From a virus, in the IMG/VR virus record IMGVR_UViG_3300050014_000823, positions 78,773 through 142,772 of that record: 64,000 bases of DNA; one strand, written 5' to 3'. The position numbers were made by a program, and so were the translations under genes. Below the pieces are notes generated by a model. That model had not been told where the DNA came from, ran no database searches, and saw only the letters and a list, made by a program, of their open reading frames with translations. Positions 9,618 through 18,692 of this stretch are shown here, one piece after another. Position 1 is the first letter of the stretch. Each line of letters starts with the position of its first letter.

Positions 9618-10231
9618 TTTATTTCTTCTCTTAATAAGTTACCGAAAAACATTTTGTTGTGAAAAATTACTGCACCCTTAATTGTTTCATCGTGATTGAA
9701 TGCCCATTCGTAATTTGCATATGTCATGTAGAATTCTTCGAGTTTCATCCATTTAACAACGGCAGTTTCTTTACAAGTGAATTTTTCAATATCAGCGGGA
9801 AATTTATCTGGTTCTTTTGAAAAATCAAGTACATTGAGATATATGTGAGAGATATTCTGACGTTTATCTTCTGATGGTTTATCTTTAGTCCTGTAAGGTT
9901 CGCCACTATTATTAAACAACATGTACTTTTCGTATTCCGGAAGATATAATGAAGTTTCTTCATAAACCTCACGTATCATTGCTTCATGACGGGTTTCATT
10001 AAAGTCCAAATAACCACAAGGAATACCATATTTATTTGCTTCATCACGCATAGTATTAGACCTCCGGGTTATAAGAATTTGCATACCTACATTAGTAAAT
10101 GCAAATACTACACCCACAACAGCAGTTGCTCTACAAACAAAAAAATCTTGCTGAATTTTTAATCCACATTCATCTGAATAGTAGTACTTCACATGTGCAT
10201 TCGGCTTATTGTTAAACTTCGGTGCTTCCAT
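9614..10231 (-). CDS. Nudix hydrolase
   Basis: Nudix box GYLDFNETRHEAMIREVYEETS. Confidence 0.75.
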   Translation of the reverse strand: MEAPKFNNKPNAHVKYYYSDECGLKIQQDFFVCRATAVVGVVFAFTNVGMQILITRRSNTMRDEANKYGIPCGYLDFNETRHEAMIREVYEETSLYLPEYEKYMLFNNSGEPYRTKDKPSEDKRQNISHIYLNVLDFSKEPDKFPADIEKFTCKETAVVKWMKLEEFYMTYANYEWAFNHDETIKGAVIFHNKMFFGNLLREEIK

Positions 10232-10307
10232 TTCATATAATTTAATACGACAACAAAAATAGTACTTATTTAATAAAAAACAACTATATTTGTATTTATT
10301 ATTTTAA

Positions 10308-10907
10308 ATGATGAATAAAATTTGTGGCATATATAAAATAACTTCACCTACCAATAAAATTTATATTGGGCAATCTGTTAATATTTACCGGAGAATTAAC
10401 CATTATGTGAATATTATGTGTATTGACCAGCCAAAATTGTATCATTCGTTAGTTAAATATGGATGGAATGCACATATTTTTGAAATCATACATGAATGCG
10501 AAGCATCTGAATTAAATAATTTGGAGAAACATTACATCAAAATTTTTAATAGTTTTAATACTGAACATGGATTAAATTTAACCGATGGTGGTGAGGGTGC
10601 AAATGTTACGCAAGAAACAAGAGAAAAAATACGATTATGTAAGATAGGTGTTAGCCGACCAACGAGTATGAGAAAAAAATTAAGTAATACAAAAAGAGGA
10701 AAACCCCCACATATTAATTGTAGACATAAACCAAAGGAATATGAAATTTATAACCAAAATAGTGAATTAATTGCTAAAGGTAAATTTAATATAAAAAATA
10801 AATTAGCAGAATTACATCTACCTACATATAGTTTTTGTAAAACATATAGAGAAAATACAAAAATACGTAAAGGAAAATATAGGAATTGGTTTGTTGTTAA
10901 ATTATAA
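10308..10907 (+). CDS. GIY-YIG homing endonuclease
   Basis: MMNKICGIYKITSPTNKIYIGQSVNIYRR... Confidence 0.85.
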   Translation: MMNKICGIYKITSPTNKIYIGQSVNIYRRINHYVNIMCIDQPKLYHSLVKYGWNAHIFEIIHECEASELNNLEKHYIKIFNSFNTEHGLNLTDGGEGANVTQETREKIRLCKIGVSRPTSMRKKLSNTKRGKPPHINCRHKPKEYEIYNQNSELIAKGKFNIKNKLAELHLPTYSFCKTYRENTKIRKGKYRNWFVVKL

Positions 10908-11429
10908 CACAACCATTTTTTCTTGTAGTTTAATTATTTTTTCTTTCAGTGTCCAAATTCTCATTGTGCCAAGCCTGGCGATTTTAAAACATTCTTCCGT
11001 TGTCAGTTTCCTTGCATTCTTCCTTCTTGGTGGCTTCCGTACTTCCTTCACGTATATTCTTCCACCATCCCAACTGGGTCTGTGACAGGTCAGTATCCCG
11101 GCTTCCGGTGGTATGAGGTCTTTAACCTTTTCATACAATGCTTCTGGCATTGCGTAATAAAAGTAAGAAATTCTCCCGCCTCTGTCACCATGATTATGTC
11201 CCTTTTTAAAGTCTGCAAGCAAGTCTGACTTACTTATTTTTATTTCAATTTCTGTTGCTATTCCTGCTTTCGTAACCACAAACATATCGCATTCATGCAT
11301 TCCCGGCAATCCCCAACTGATATTCGGTACGATAATGTTTATTCTTATTCCAAAATACTTGGCTAACGCCACTTCAATATCAATCGTTTTTATTGGTTTG
11401 GGTTTCGCAACTGTCTTTCTTACTGCCAC
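10902..11429 (-). CDS. putative PD-(D/E)xK-fold nuclease
   Basis: HECDMFVV...ATEIEIKISKSD resembles D...ExK core; weak. Confidence 0.35.
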   Translation of the reverse strand: MAVRKTVAKPKPIKTIDIEVALAKYFGIRINIIVPNISWGLPGMHECDMFVVTKAGIATEIEIKISKSDLLADFKKGHNHGDRGGRISYFYYAMPEALYEKVKDLIPPEAGILTCHRPSWDGGRIYVKEVRKPPRRKNARKLTTEECFKIARLGTMRIWTLKEKIIKLQEKMVVL

Positions 11430-11443
11430 TTCTCATAATCTTA

Positions 11444-11968
11444 CTATCTTAAGTTATTTTTTCTGTAGTAAGTTATCTTGTATAAGATATTATTCTTACT
11501 ATTTTGCCAGCCATTTTCATGGTAAACGGCAAAGTTAGCAAATAATTTGTCAATCGGAAACCTTTTATTACCTTCCGAGATATTTAAATTCACCCAAGTG
11601 ATAATACACTCATCACAATAATCTATAAGTGAATCATATACCTGTGCTCCACCCGCAACAAAAATTTTATTAAAATCCAAATTTTTATTATCGAGTATAC
11701 TGAAAATCATGTCTAAGTTCCTAAATTGGTAGATACCCGCAAGGTCTTCTATGGGGTGGTGACCATTTAATACTATGTATTCTCTGCCTTCAAATGCTTT
11801 TGGCGGTAGGGTTTTATAGGTATTATACCCAACGAGTAATATGTTGTCCATAGTAGTATTCCTGAAGTGTTTAAAATCTTCAGGAATTCTCCAAGGCATT
11901 TGGTCGCCTATGCCGATAACACCATCCACACTTACGGCAGCGATTATAACTAACTTGCAGTATTTCAT
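11444..11968 (-). CDS. frd: dihydrofolate reductase
   Basis: IAAVSVDGVIG...MPW...EDFKHFRNTT...VGYNTY. Confidence 0.85.
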   Translation of the reverse strand: MKYCKLVIIAAVSVDGVIGIGDQMPWRIPEDFKHFRNTTMDNILLVGYNTYKTLPPKAFEGREYIVLNGHHPIEDLAGIYQFRNLDMIFSILDNKNLDFNKIFVAGGAQVYDSLIDYCDECIITWVNLNISEGNKRFPIDKLFANFAVYHENGWQNSKNNILYKITYYRKNNLR

Positions 11969-12075
11969 TTGAATACAAATATGTGTACCAACAAATATAA
12001 GATTGCAAGCAAAAACAATATCATACCGATTTTTTGTAACTTACTCATCTTAATATTTGTAATTTATTCTTATTT

Positions 12076-12696
12076 TTAAGCCTTCTTCCTATCTTTTATA
12101 AGTTCACGTAAGAAGACGTTTTTAATTCCACCAATAAACCTTACCCATTCTTTGTAATACTCCGGAAACATTTCCTGTTGCTTCTCTGCACTCTGCATTT
12201 TAATCATAATGTAGTTTTGTTCGGGCACATTACCTCTTGCTTCTGGATACATCTTAACATCAAAGATATAGTCCACAAAGTCTGGATAGTCCTTTCTGTT
12301 AAATACACGTTCATCACAGATAAAGCTAAGTGCGGTAAGTGCATGATTTAAATCGGGTTCAATCATGAACGCAAATTCAATGTCATTTTCCTGTAATTGG
12401 TCGCCAATTAAATTCAAGCTGCCTGCAGGAATCATTTCAAAGTCACGCTCATCATTCGTTGTACCACCATTAAGAATAACAAAAGTCTCAAATTTCTCCA
12501 AGAAATCCCAAACAATATGATTTGGGTCATGTCTGCCATACTTCAAACAATGGCGACCAAGCGCATGTCCTGCCTGTATGCCTTGTTGAATTGGACTGAT
12601 GTTGTACGGTACAAAAAAGTACATACGTAATTCAAGTACTTCTACTTCACTGTAATTGCTATTATCTCCCATTATTCCTGTGGTTTTTCGTTCCAT
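12076..12696 (-). CDS. hypothetical protein
   Basis: 206-aa ORF. Confidence 0.45.
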   Translation of the reverse strand: MERKTTGIMGDNSNYSEVEVLELRMYFFVPYNISPIQQGIQAGHALGRHCLKYGRHDPNHIVWDFLEKFETFVILNGGTTNDERDFEMIPAGSLNLIGDQLQENDIEFAFMIEPDLNHALTALSFICDERVFNRKDYPDFVDYIFDVKMYPEARGNVPEQNYIMIKMQSAEKQQEMFPEYYKEWVRFIGGIKNVFLRELIKDRKKA

Positions 12697-13061
12697 TTAT
12701 GTTTAGGAAGCATGTCGGTGATATCTTCCTTTGCTGACATTTTCCTATCGAGTTCATGCCAAGCATCATTTGACATACCATGTTGCCAATCGTGCCAATG
12801 TTCGAACCATTTCCAATAGTTACCATCGGGACGGTTCTTAGCACTTTCCGGGTCAACACCAAACTTACTGAGCTGCTGAACACAATATTCTTGTTGTTCT
12901 CTGAGTTCAGCGAGTTCTATTATCATTTCGGGTGTCATTGGATATCTGCCATGACTTACGTCATGATTAGTTCTCCACAAAATACCGCCAATCATATCAA
13001 TGAAAAAATATGTGGTTACTTCGTCAAATCCTTCGATTTTTGTTTTGTCTTCTGCTTCCAT
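12672..13061 (-). CDS. hypothetical protein (Trp/His-rich)
   Basis: 129-aa ORF. Confidence 0.4.
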   Translation of the reverse strand: MEAEDKTKIEGFDEVTTYFFIDMIGGILWRTNHDVSHGRYPMTPEMIIELAELREQQEYCVQQLSKFGVDPESAKNRPDGNYWKWFEHWHDWQHGMSNDAWHELDRKMSAKEDITDMLPKHKWNEKPQE

Positions 13062-13062
13062 A

Positions 13063-13416
13063 TTATTCTATGTTTTTTATGTATGCATCTTTAACTGCAC
13101 TGTTTATTATTGTGTCAAATAAATCGTTTAATTCTTTATCACGACAAGTTTTATCTCTTATCTTTATTCTCAAAGCGAATCTGTCAGTTAATGTAGAGAC
13201 TGGCACCCATGCAATATGACAATGACTTTCTTTAAAAACATCATTACGATAAAGCACAAGATATTCCTTTTCGTGAAACCATCTTTTCCTCTGTCTGCCA
13301 AACCAAACTGCTTTAAAGGCAAATCCAGGTACTGCTTCGAGCCAAAACTGTCTTTTTTCAATCTTGAATTCTGGATTGAGACCTACGCTTAAAAAATTCC
13401 AAATATGTATTGCCAT
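13063..13416 (-). CDS. hypothetical protein
   Basis: 117-aa ORF. Confidence 0.4.
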   Translation of the reverse strand: MAIHIWNFLSVGLNPEFKIEKRQFWLEAVPGFAFKAVWFGRQRKRWFHEKEYLVLYRNDVFKESHCHIAWVPVSTLTDRFALRIKIRDKTCRDKELNDLFDTIINSAVKDAYIKNIE

Positions 13417-13426
13417 TGTAGATGTT

Positions 13427-13633
13427 TTAACTGATTACAATATCACCTGTCTTAAACAATTCGGTGTTTCTTCGAAGCAGTTCCTCAAATAATGGTTCGC
13501 CTTCGCTTTCTACAGCAAATTTACGTGCTTCATCAAGCGAATAACCGTTGCAGTGCACGAGAATTAATACGTAGTCTGAAAAGGTTTTCAATTTTGCACT
13601 TGCTTCGTAACTTTTTTTCTTTATATTGCTCAT
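13427..13633 (-). CDS. hypothetical protein
   Basis: 68-aa ORF. Confidence 0.3.
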   Translation of the reverse strand: MSNIKKKSYEASAKLKTFSDYVLILVHCNGYSLDEARKFAVESEGEPLFEELLRRNTELFKTGDIVIS

Positions 13634-13667
13634 GTCTGTTTAATTAAATGGTGTTTCAAATGGACTG

Positions 13668-13919
13668 TCAAACGCTCCGTGAGGATGCGGTGGCTTTGGT
13701 GGATGTGGCGGGTGTGGTGGATGATGGGGATGCGACATCATTACAAGACTTATCGTGTTGTCCAACGCTATTCTTGTTATTGTTGGCTTCACGTAGACTT
13801 TTTTCTCGCATTTCTTTTTTATGTTCTTTTTCATGTTTTAATATAAATACCACAAAACCAATACAACCACAAATAACACATATAACAAGTACAAGCAATA
13901 GGTCATCAATGGTTTTCAT
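13668..13919 (-). CDS. small membrane protein with Ser/Thr/Ala-rich tail
   Basis: N-terminal TM; preferred over the overlapping His-Pro-repeat frame 13640-13834. Confidence 0.35.
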   Translation of the reverse strand: MKTIDDLLLVLVICVICGCIGFVVFILKHEKEHKKEMREKSLREANNNKNSVGQHDKSCNDVASPSSTTPATSTKATASSRSV

Positions 13920-13922
13920 TTG

Positions 13923-14150
13923 TCAATAATTATACGGTTCTTCTTCATAAACAGCAACAACAGTTGACCCCCAATATTCAGTGAACTGAACTCTTGAATG
14001 GTCGATAAGTGCTTTAGCACCTACGATAGCTATAAGTACACTGAGGAACGGAATAAAATATTCCCACCAAACGAATTCATGCTTTTTGAAGTAATAGAAA
14101 ATTCCCGTTACAATAAGGGGAATCAGTAATGCTAAATAAACTGTTGGCAT
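13923..14150 (-). CDS. small membrane protein (2 TM)
   Basis: 75 aa; conserved promoter motif at 14176-14207 just upstream. Confidence 0.45.
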   Translation of the reverse strand: MPTVYLALLIPLIVTGIFYYFKKHEFVWWEYFIPFLSVLIAIVGAKALIDHSRVQFTEYWGSTVVAVYEEEPYNY

Positions 14151-14175
14151 AGTCTGAATTTTTAAAGTTATGACT

Positions 14176-14207
14176 GATTATACGAAATTGTCCCGGAAAT
14201 GTTACAA
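14176..14207 (-). promoter_or_regulatory. conserved phage promoter motif copy (TACGAAA variant)
   Basis: GATTATACGAAATTGTCCCGGAAATGTTACAA. Confidence 0.5.
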
Positions 14208-14987
14208 ATCCGGAACAAAAAAATCAAGAAATATTTTATCCTGAGTAAAAGTAGGACATTCACTACTTACCCAAACAGTCCTCTGATAGGCTTTTTGTTG
14301 CAGTTCTGCTTTAACAAAAGGAGTTTCCATTTCACGAACTTCTTTCTTAATAAACCTACCTCTTTTTTGCTGTGGGGTAAAGTCATTCCAGTTGATACCC
14401 TTTTGAAATATCATTTCCTGCTGTACGTTCATGTTCTTGCCGTTGAGTTCTCTGTGGCTGTAAAGTGTCTGAGCAACGCTTGAAATACTGTTGCGAACTG
14501 TGTCCTGTTGTCTCCAGATGAAGTAGTTTTTCACTTCATCGTTTGAAGGAATAGTAAACACCCTTGCATCGAATTCGGCAAGTTTCATATCGGCATAATT
14601 AAATCCAATAGTATGTTTTAATTGTCGAATTGTTCTTAATTGGTTGAACTTAGCGGTAGCTATACTTGCTGCAACACTGACAACCTTCTGCACGTTACCG
14701 TCAAACCAGGCATCAGTACCGATTTCATCGAAGTCGGTCATAAGAATACTGATTTCGTCACTCTGAACAAATGCGAATTTAGCACCCTGTATGTTCTTGC
14801 AGAGATACATTGCAGCTCCATCCATGTCAGTCATAAGACCTTCATCGAAAGGTTTTTTCATACCTCTGGTATAAGTGTGAAATGCTTTACCGTCAATACG
14901 GATAATGCTATATGACCTACGGGGAAGCCAAGTCTTTGCTCGGTCCTCATAATAGGATTTCATGCGATTTCCAAGTTCATCAACCAT
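14202..14987 (-). CDS. Thg1-like protein (tRNA-His guanylyltransferase family, 3'-5' nucleotidyltransferase)
   Basis: IIRIDGKAFHTYTRG...KPFDEGLMTDMDGAAMYL...FAFVQSDEISIL parallels Thg1 motifs (V.RLDGR.FH.F, KPND, SDE). Confidence 0.55.
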   Translation of the reverse strand: MVDELGNRMKSYYEDRAKTWLPRRSYSIIRIDGKAFHTYTRGMKKPFDEGLMTDMDGAAMYLCKNIQGAKFAFVQSDEISILMTDFDEIGTDAWFDGNVQKVVSVAASIATAKFNQLRTIRQLKHTIGFNYADMKLAEFDARVFTIPSNDEVKNYFIWRQQDTVRNSISSVAQTLYSHRELNGKNMNVQQEMIFQKGINWNDFTPQQKRGRFIKKEVREMETPFVKAELQQKAYQRTVWVSSECPTFTQDKIFLDFFVPDL

Positions 14988-14998
14988 TTTTCAAAATA

Positions 14999-15196
14999 TT
15001 AGTTTATTTTACACGGACACCACTCAGGTATTGGAGTTTTGTCATGCCATTCAACAAACCCGGCAATTTGACGCTTCGCTTTTTTACATGTCCATTTAAA
15101 TGGCATTTCAAAGCTATCTGCAGTATATACTCTTTCTGATTCCCAGAAAGGACACTCACTACAGTCTTTAATTTTGATTTTAATTTCAGTTGCCAT
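14999..15196 (-). CDS. small Cys-rich (zinc-ribbon-like) protein
   Basis: CSECPFW...CKKAKR...CPCK. Confidence 0.35.
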   Translation of the reverse strand: MATEIKIKIKDCSECPFWESERVYTADSFEMPFKWTCKKAKRQIAGFVEWHDKTPIPEWCPCKIN

Positions 15197-15518
15197 TGTT
15201 TATCAATTTCAGTTTTTCCTGGAGTTCCTTCTCCATTCTGTCCTTAACTATAAGAGCAAATGTTTCTTTTGAAACACCGTAAAGCGGACACCTTTTAATC
15301 TTCTCGAAGTCGATATTACACATACCTCTTCCGAAGAATTGAGAACTGTAGTCCAAAGGGTCTTCGATTGTTCTACCTGCGCACTTATGCCCATTTATAC
15401 TGCAGAGGCAATAGTTTTCGCAATCACCCGAAAGCATGTATTCGTAGTTTTCTTTCGTTAATGCGGGGCATGTTGTCCCGATTTCCGGTACTTCGATTTT
15501 CTTCTTTCTCTTTGCCAT
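15186..15518 (-). CDS. Cys-rich hypothetical protein
   Basis: 110 aa with about 10 Cys. Confidence 0.4.
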   Translation of the reverse strand: MAKRKKKIEVPEIGTTCPALTKENYEYMLSGDCENYCLCSINGHKCAGRTIEDPLDYSSQFFGRGMCNIDFEKIKRCPLYGVSKETFALIVKDRMEKELQEKLKLINNGN

Positions 15519-16024
15519 TATTCGAATAGATTATATGGTTTATTAACTTTTACTACGCCTACTTTAATATAGTTTTTAATATCAAGTATCTTAGCAACAT
15601 CTTTTAACTTACAAACAAATACCCGGTCTTGGTCAAAATCAACTTCTTTAAGTTGATTATCTGCACCGTGATAATTTATTTTTATTCTCGTTAACTTGGG
15701 AACAACAAATACAATATATCTTCCCGCAAGCGAACCTAACTTGTAATATCCTTCGAACCGTTCAATACTAACAGTCAAGTATTCGAGTGTTTTAAAAATA
15801 TCTTCCATGTTAGAAGGTATTAATATTACATTTGCACCACCATGATTAGTGTCTTGAAAAATTGTTGCAGAAGTCTGATTGATTTTCGTACACAATGTTT
15901 GATTCCAATCAGTCTGATGCATACTTTCAGGATACTTACTGTCTTTATATCCTTCATAATCCCATGAAACTAAGGGTATGTGAGTCGATAAAAAGTTTTG
16001 TAGTTTACTCATTTTACTCTTCAT
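15518..16024 (-). CDS. hypothetical protein
   Basis: 168-aa ORF. Confidence 0.4.
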   Translation of the reverse strand: MKSKMSKLQNFLSTHIPLVSWDYEGYKDSKYPESMHQTDWNQTLCTKINQTSATIFQDTNHGGANVILIPSNMEDIFKTLEYLTVSIERFEGYYKLGSLAGRYIVFVVPKLTRIKINYHGADNQLKEVDFDQDRVFVCKLKDVAKILDIKNYIKVGVVKVNKPYNLFE

Positions 16025-17057
16025 TTTTAATCAAGAATTTGTTTGAAATTGCTTTAAAGCTAAGTCTGCCTTGATTTTTAAGTTCGTATCGTACAAATAC
16101 AACACCCTCACGTTCTGTCTGAGGATTAAGAGCACTTTTACCTTCTGCGTATGCGAGTATTTCATCAACACTGGCAGGAAGTATGTAATTCCTGTCAAGT
16201 ATAGGAACTGTCTCAATTTTAAGCGTATTGCACAGTTCAATCATTTCTTCGTATGGTAAAAATTCATACCTGTCAATGTCGAACATACGGAAAAACCTTA
16301 CGGTCTGACCTTTGAGTTTATATTTGTTCTTCTGAATACCCTCACCAATGATTTCACCCTGCAGACCTAAGTTCCTGCCAAGTACACCAAGTTTTTCCTC
16401 AAGAAAGTTCTGACGAGCAAATTTCCAAAATGAATTACTTGGACTTTCGTAGTATTCCCAATTCCTACCGCAAACACCGAACATACCGTCTTTCCAGAAG
16501 AAACTTCCACTGCTACCATCGAGTTTTTCGGTAGTAACAAATGACTGACCTGCATATTCAACAGGTATATGTGGAAGTATCTGAATACGGTCTTCATCGG
16601 TAATCATCATGAATGAAGGAAAACCACCTTTAGCATCACCCGCAAGTTCTGCAGGGATAGGTGCTTCGTATTTTTCAACACCAAGTTCCTCGCTGACATC
16701 AAAACCAACAGGACTGTCAGCTAAGTCATGTAAGGTAATTCTTGACCTTTCAAGTTCTTCGATATGCCATTTAGTATTAGCATTGAGTATATCCAACGGA
16801 AAACAAATGCCCTGGCTTACTTGCCCTCTCAAGCGTACTGTTCTGATTCTGTAGTTGTTGTGCTTTAAGAATTCAAATTCCTCACGTTTTGGAACGAGAC
16901 TATCTATTTCCAGATAGACCACTAATTCACCTACATGAAACTGATTTTTCTTAACTACGACTTTCCAGCCAAGAATTTGTGCAACCTCGATTGCTTGTGC
17001 ATCTGGAATAGGACTAAGATTTAAAATCCTCTGAATTGTTGCTAATTTTCGTGCCAT
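16014..17057 (-). CDS. ATP-dependent RNA ligase (Rnl family) with N-terminal extension
   Basis: nucleotidyltransferase motif I TEKLDGSS (KxDG), C-terminal FKAISNKFL lysine motif; 347 aa. Confidence 0.65.
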   Translation of the reverse strand: MARKLATIQRILNLSPIPDAQAIEVAQILGWKVVVKKNQFHVGELVVYLEIDSLVPKREEFEFLKHNNYRIRTVRLRGQVSQGICFPLDILNANTKWHIEELERSRITLHDLADSPVGFDVSEELGVEKYEAPIPAELAGDAKGGFPSFMMITDEDRIQILPHIPVEYAGQSFVTTEKLDGSSGSFFWKDGMFGVCGRNWEYYESPSNSFWKFARQNFLEEKLGVLGRNLGLQGEIIGEGIQKNKYKLKGQTVRFFRMFDIDRYEFLPYEEMIELCNTLKIETVPILDRNYILPASVDEILAYAEGKSALNPQTEREGVVFVRYELKNQGRLSFKAISNKFLIKNEE

Positions 17058-17058
17058 T

Positions 17059-17409
17059 TTATTCTGCTATATAAATGTATGAATCTCTTTCATATTCAAA
17101 TTTACCACTTTCTTTTGTCGCATCTACTTGATAATCTTTCACCCGGCTATTATCGGGTTTAACAGGACATTTAACTGCATAATGTATTTGACATCCTGCA
17201 ATTATTATTTCTCTCTCATTACCGCCAATTCTTGCAAACCAATTACTGCTGTTTCTATTGGTTATGACACCCAAGAATTTGTCATCCATTATCACAACTT
17301 CTCCCCACGCACTACGATACTGTTTGCCATCGGGAGCAATGAACCAATGGTCTGTCGTGATTAAATATTTTCCTGTCATATTCATGGTAATCTCAATATA
17401 AATAAACAA
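17059..17409 (-). CDS. hypothetical protein
   Basis: 116-aa ORF. Confidence 0.4.
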   Translation of the reverse strand: MFIYIEITMNMTGKYLITTDHWFIAPDGKQYRSAWGEVVIMDDKFLGVITNRNSSNWFARIGGNEREIIIAGCQIHYAVKCPVKPDNSRVKDYQVDATKESGKFEYERDSYIYIAE

Positions 17410-17573
17410 TCCGATTTATGTATGCCACCATAGCAATCACAGTGTTCGCACTTCTTACCCAACGATTGCTTTGCATCTTCTATCGCTATTGCCAATGCAA
17501 CCCAAGCATCTTCACTGATAGTAACTACTTTCTTCTCTTTTTCCATAATAATAAAATTAAAAAACCAGTTCAT
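17382..17573 (-). CDS. hypothetical small protein
   Basis: 63 aa. Confidence 0.3.
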   Translation of the reverse strand: MNWFFNFIIMEKEKKVVTISEDAWVALAIAIEDAKQSLGKKCEHCDCYGGIHKSDCLFILRLP

Positions 17574-17691
17574 TTATCCACTGGCAAGTTAGGTTTAGTT
17601 GCCAACTTTCCTTTGTGACGGTGCTTCCTTTATCTGGTATACCAGACCACAAAATTGAGCATGTTATCCGTCATTTCAACACGCAGCTATC

Positions 17692-18588
17692 GTGTTAGTA
17701 ATCGAGCGCAAGATAATAATTCGAAAATTAATATCCAAGTATTTATATAAAAATTTTCATATGAAACCAAATTTTAGTGAATCTGAATATCAAAACGCCA
17801 AATCAGAAGAATTATTATCTTGTTTATGTTATTCTTGTAATAACTCATTTAAAACATTTAAAAAAAATATAACCAGAGAATTAAATCACAATATGGAAAT
17901 AAATAAATTTTGTTCAAAAAAATGTCAAGGAGTATATTATACTAACAAAAACACTATCAAAACAAAATGTAAATGTTGTAATTCCGAAATGACTATACCA
18001 TTATCTCAATATAAAAATTCTGAATCGGGAAATAATTTTTGTTCACGTAGTTGTAACGCAACATATAATAGTCCACAAAGAATTTATAATAGTAGAATCA
18101 AAACTAACTGCAAAAATTGTAATAAAGAAATTAATGTAATATTTTCAGTTCATAAAAAATCAAAATCTGGAAATCATTTTTGTTCACAGTCTTGTGCTGG
18201 TACGTATAATAATACGCATAAAACTAAGGGTAATCGTAGGTCTAAACTTGAAAAATATCTTGAAGAACAATTAATTTTATTATATCCAGATTTGGAGATA
18301 TTATTTAATGATAAAAATATTATTAATTCTGAATTAGATATTTATATTTCCGAATTTAAAGTTGCTTTTGAACTTAACGGTATTTTTCATTATGAACCAA
18401 TATATGGTCAGAAAACATTAGGAAATATTCAAAATAATGATAATCGTAAATTTCAAGCATGTTTAGAAAAAAGTATTGAATTATGCATCATAGATACTTC
18501 TCAGCAAAAATATTTTAAAGAAGAATCATCCCAAAAATATTTGAACATTATTAAAATAATTATTGATAGTAAATTCAAAAAATTTTGA
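17692..18588 (+). CDS. Zn-finger-repeat protein with C-terminal Vsr/DUF559-like (PD-(D/E)xK) endonuclease domain; homing-endonuclease-like
   Basis: repeated FCS(K/R/Q)(K/S)C...YN modules; C-terminal ELDIYISEFKVAFELNGIFHYE resembles the (V/I)AIE.DG..H core of DUF559. Confidence 0.45.
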   Translation: MLVIERKIIIRKLISKYLYKNFHMKPNFSESEYQNAKSEELLSCLCYSCNNSFKTFKKNITRELNHNMEINKFCSKKCQGVYYTNKNTIKTKCKCCNSEMTIPLSQYKNSESGNNFCSRSCNATYNSPQRIYNSRIKTNCKNCNKEINVIFSVHKKSKSGNHFCSQSCAGTYNNTHKTKGNRRSKLEKYLEEQLILLYPDLEILFNDKNIINSELDIYISEFKVAFELNGIFHYEPIYGQKTLGNIQNNDNRKFQACLEKSIELCIIDTSQQKYFKEESSQKYLNIIKIIIDSKFKKF

Positions 18589-18692
18589 GCGCAGTGAGGG
18601 ATTCGAACCCCCCTGTCCAGTAAATTGGTGCACCATTTCTTCTGTCAACCACATCTTCCCGATGTGTGCCTTCCCCATTAGACTTACTGCGC
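18588..18692 (-). tRNA. tRNA-like gene, 105 nt, canonical T-arm and 7-bp acceptor stem; manual fold suggests type-II-like with anticodon loop CGGGAAG (GGA, Ser?) but the variable region is over-long
   Basis: reverse complement GCGCAGT-AA-GTC-TAATGGGGAA-GGC-A-CACAT-CGGGAAG-ATGTG-[37 nt]-GGGGG-TTCGAAT-CCCTC-ACTGCGC-T; sits in a 400-nt ORF-free gap. Confidence 0.5.

Noticed and set aside
12076-12696. Possible Pth2-like peptidyl-tRNA hydrolase (QQGIQAGHALG)
   Set aside because: Only one short motif resembles Pth2 and the rest does not align from memory, so left as hypothetical.
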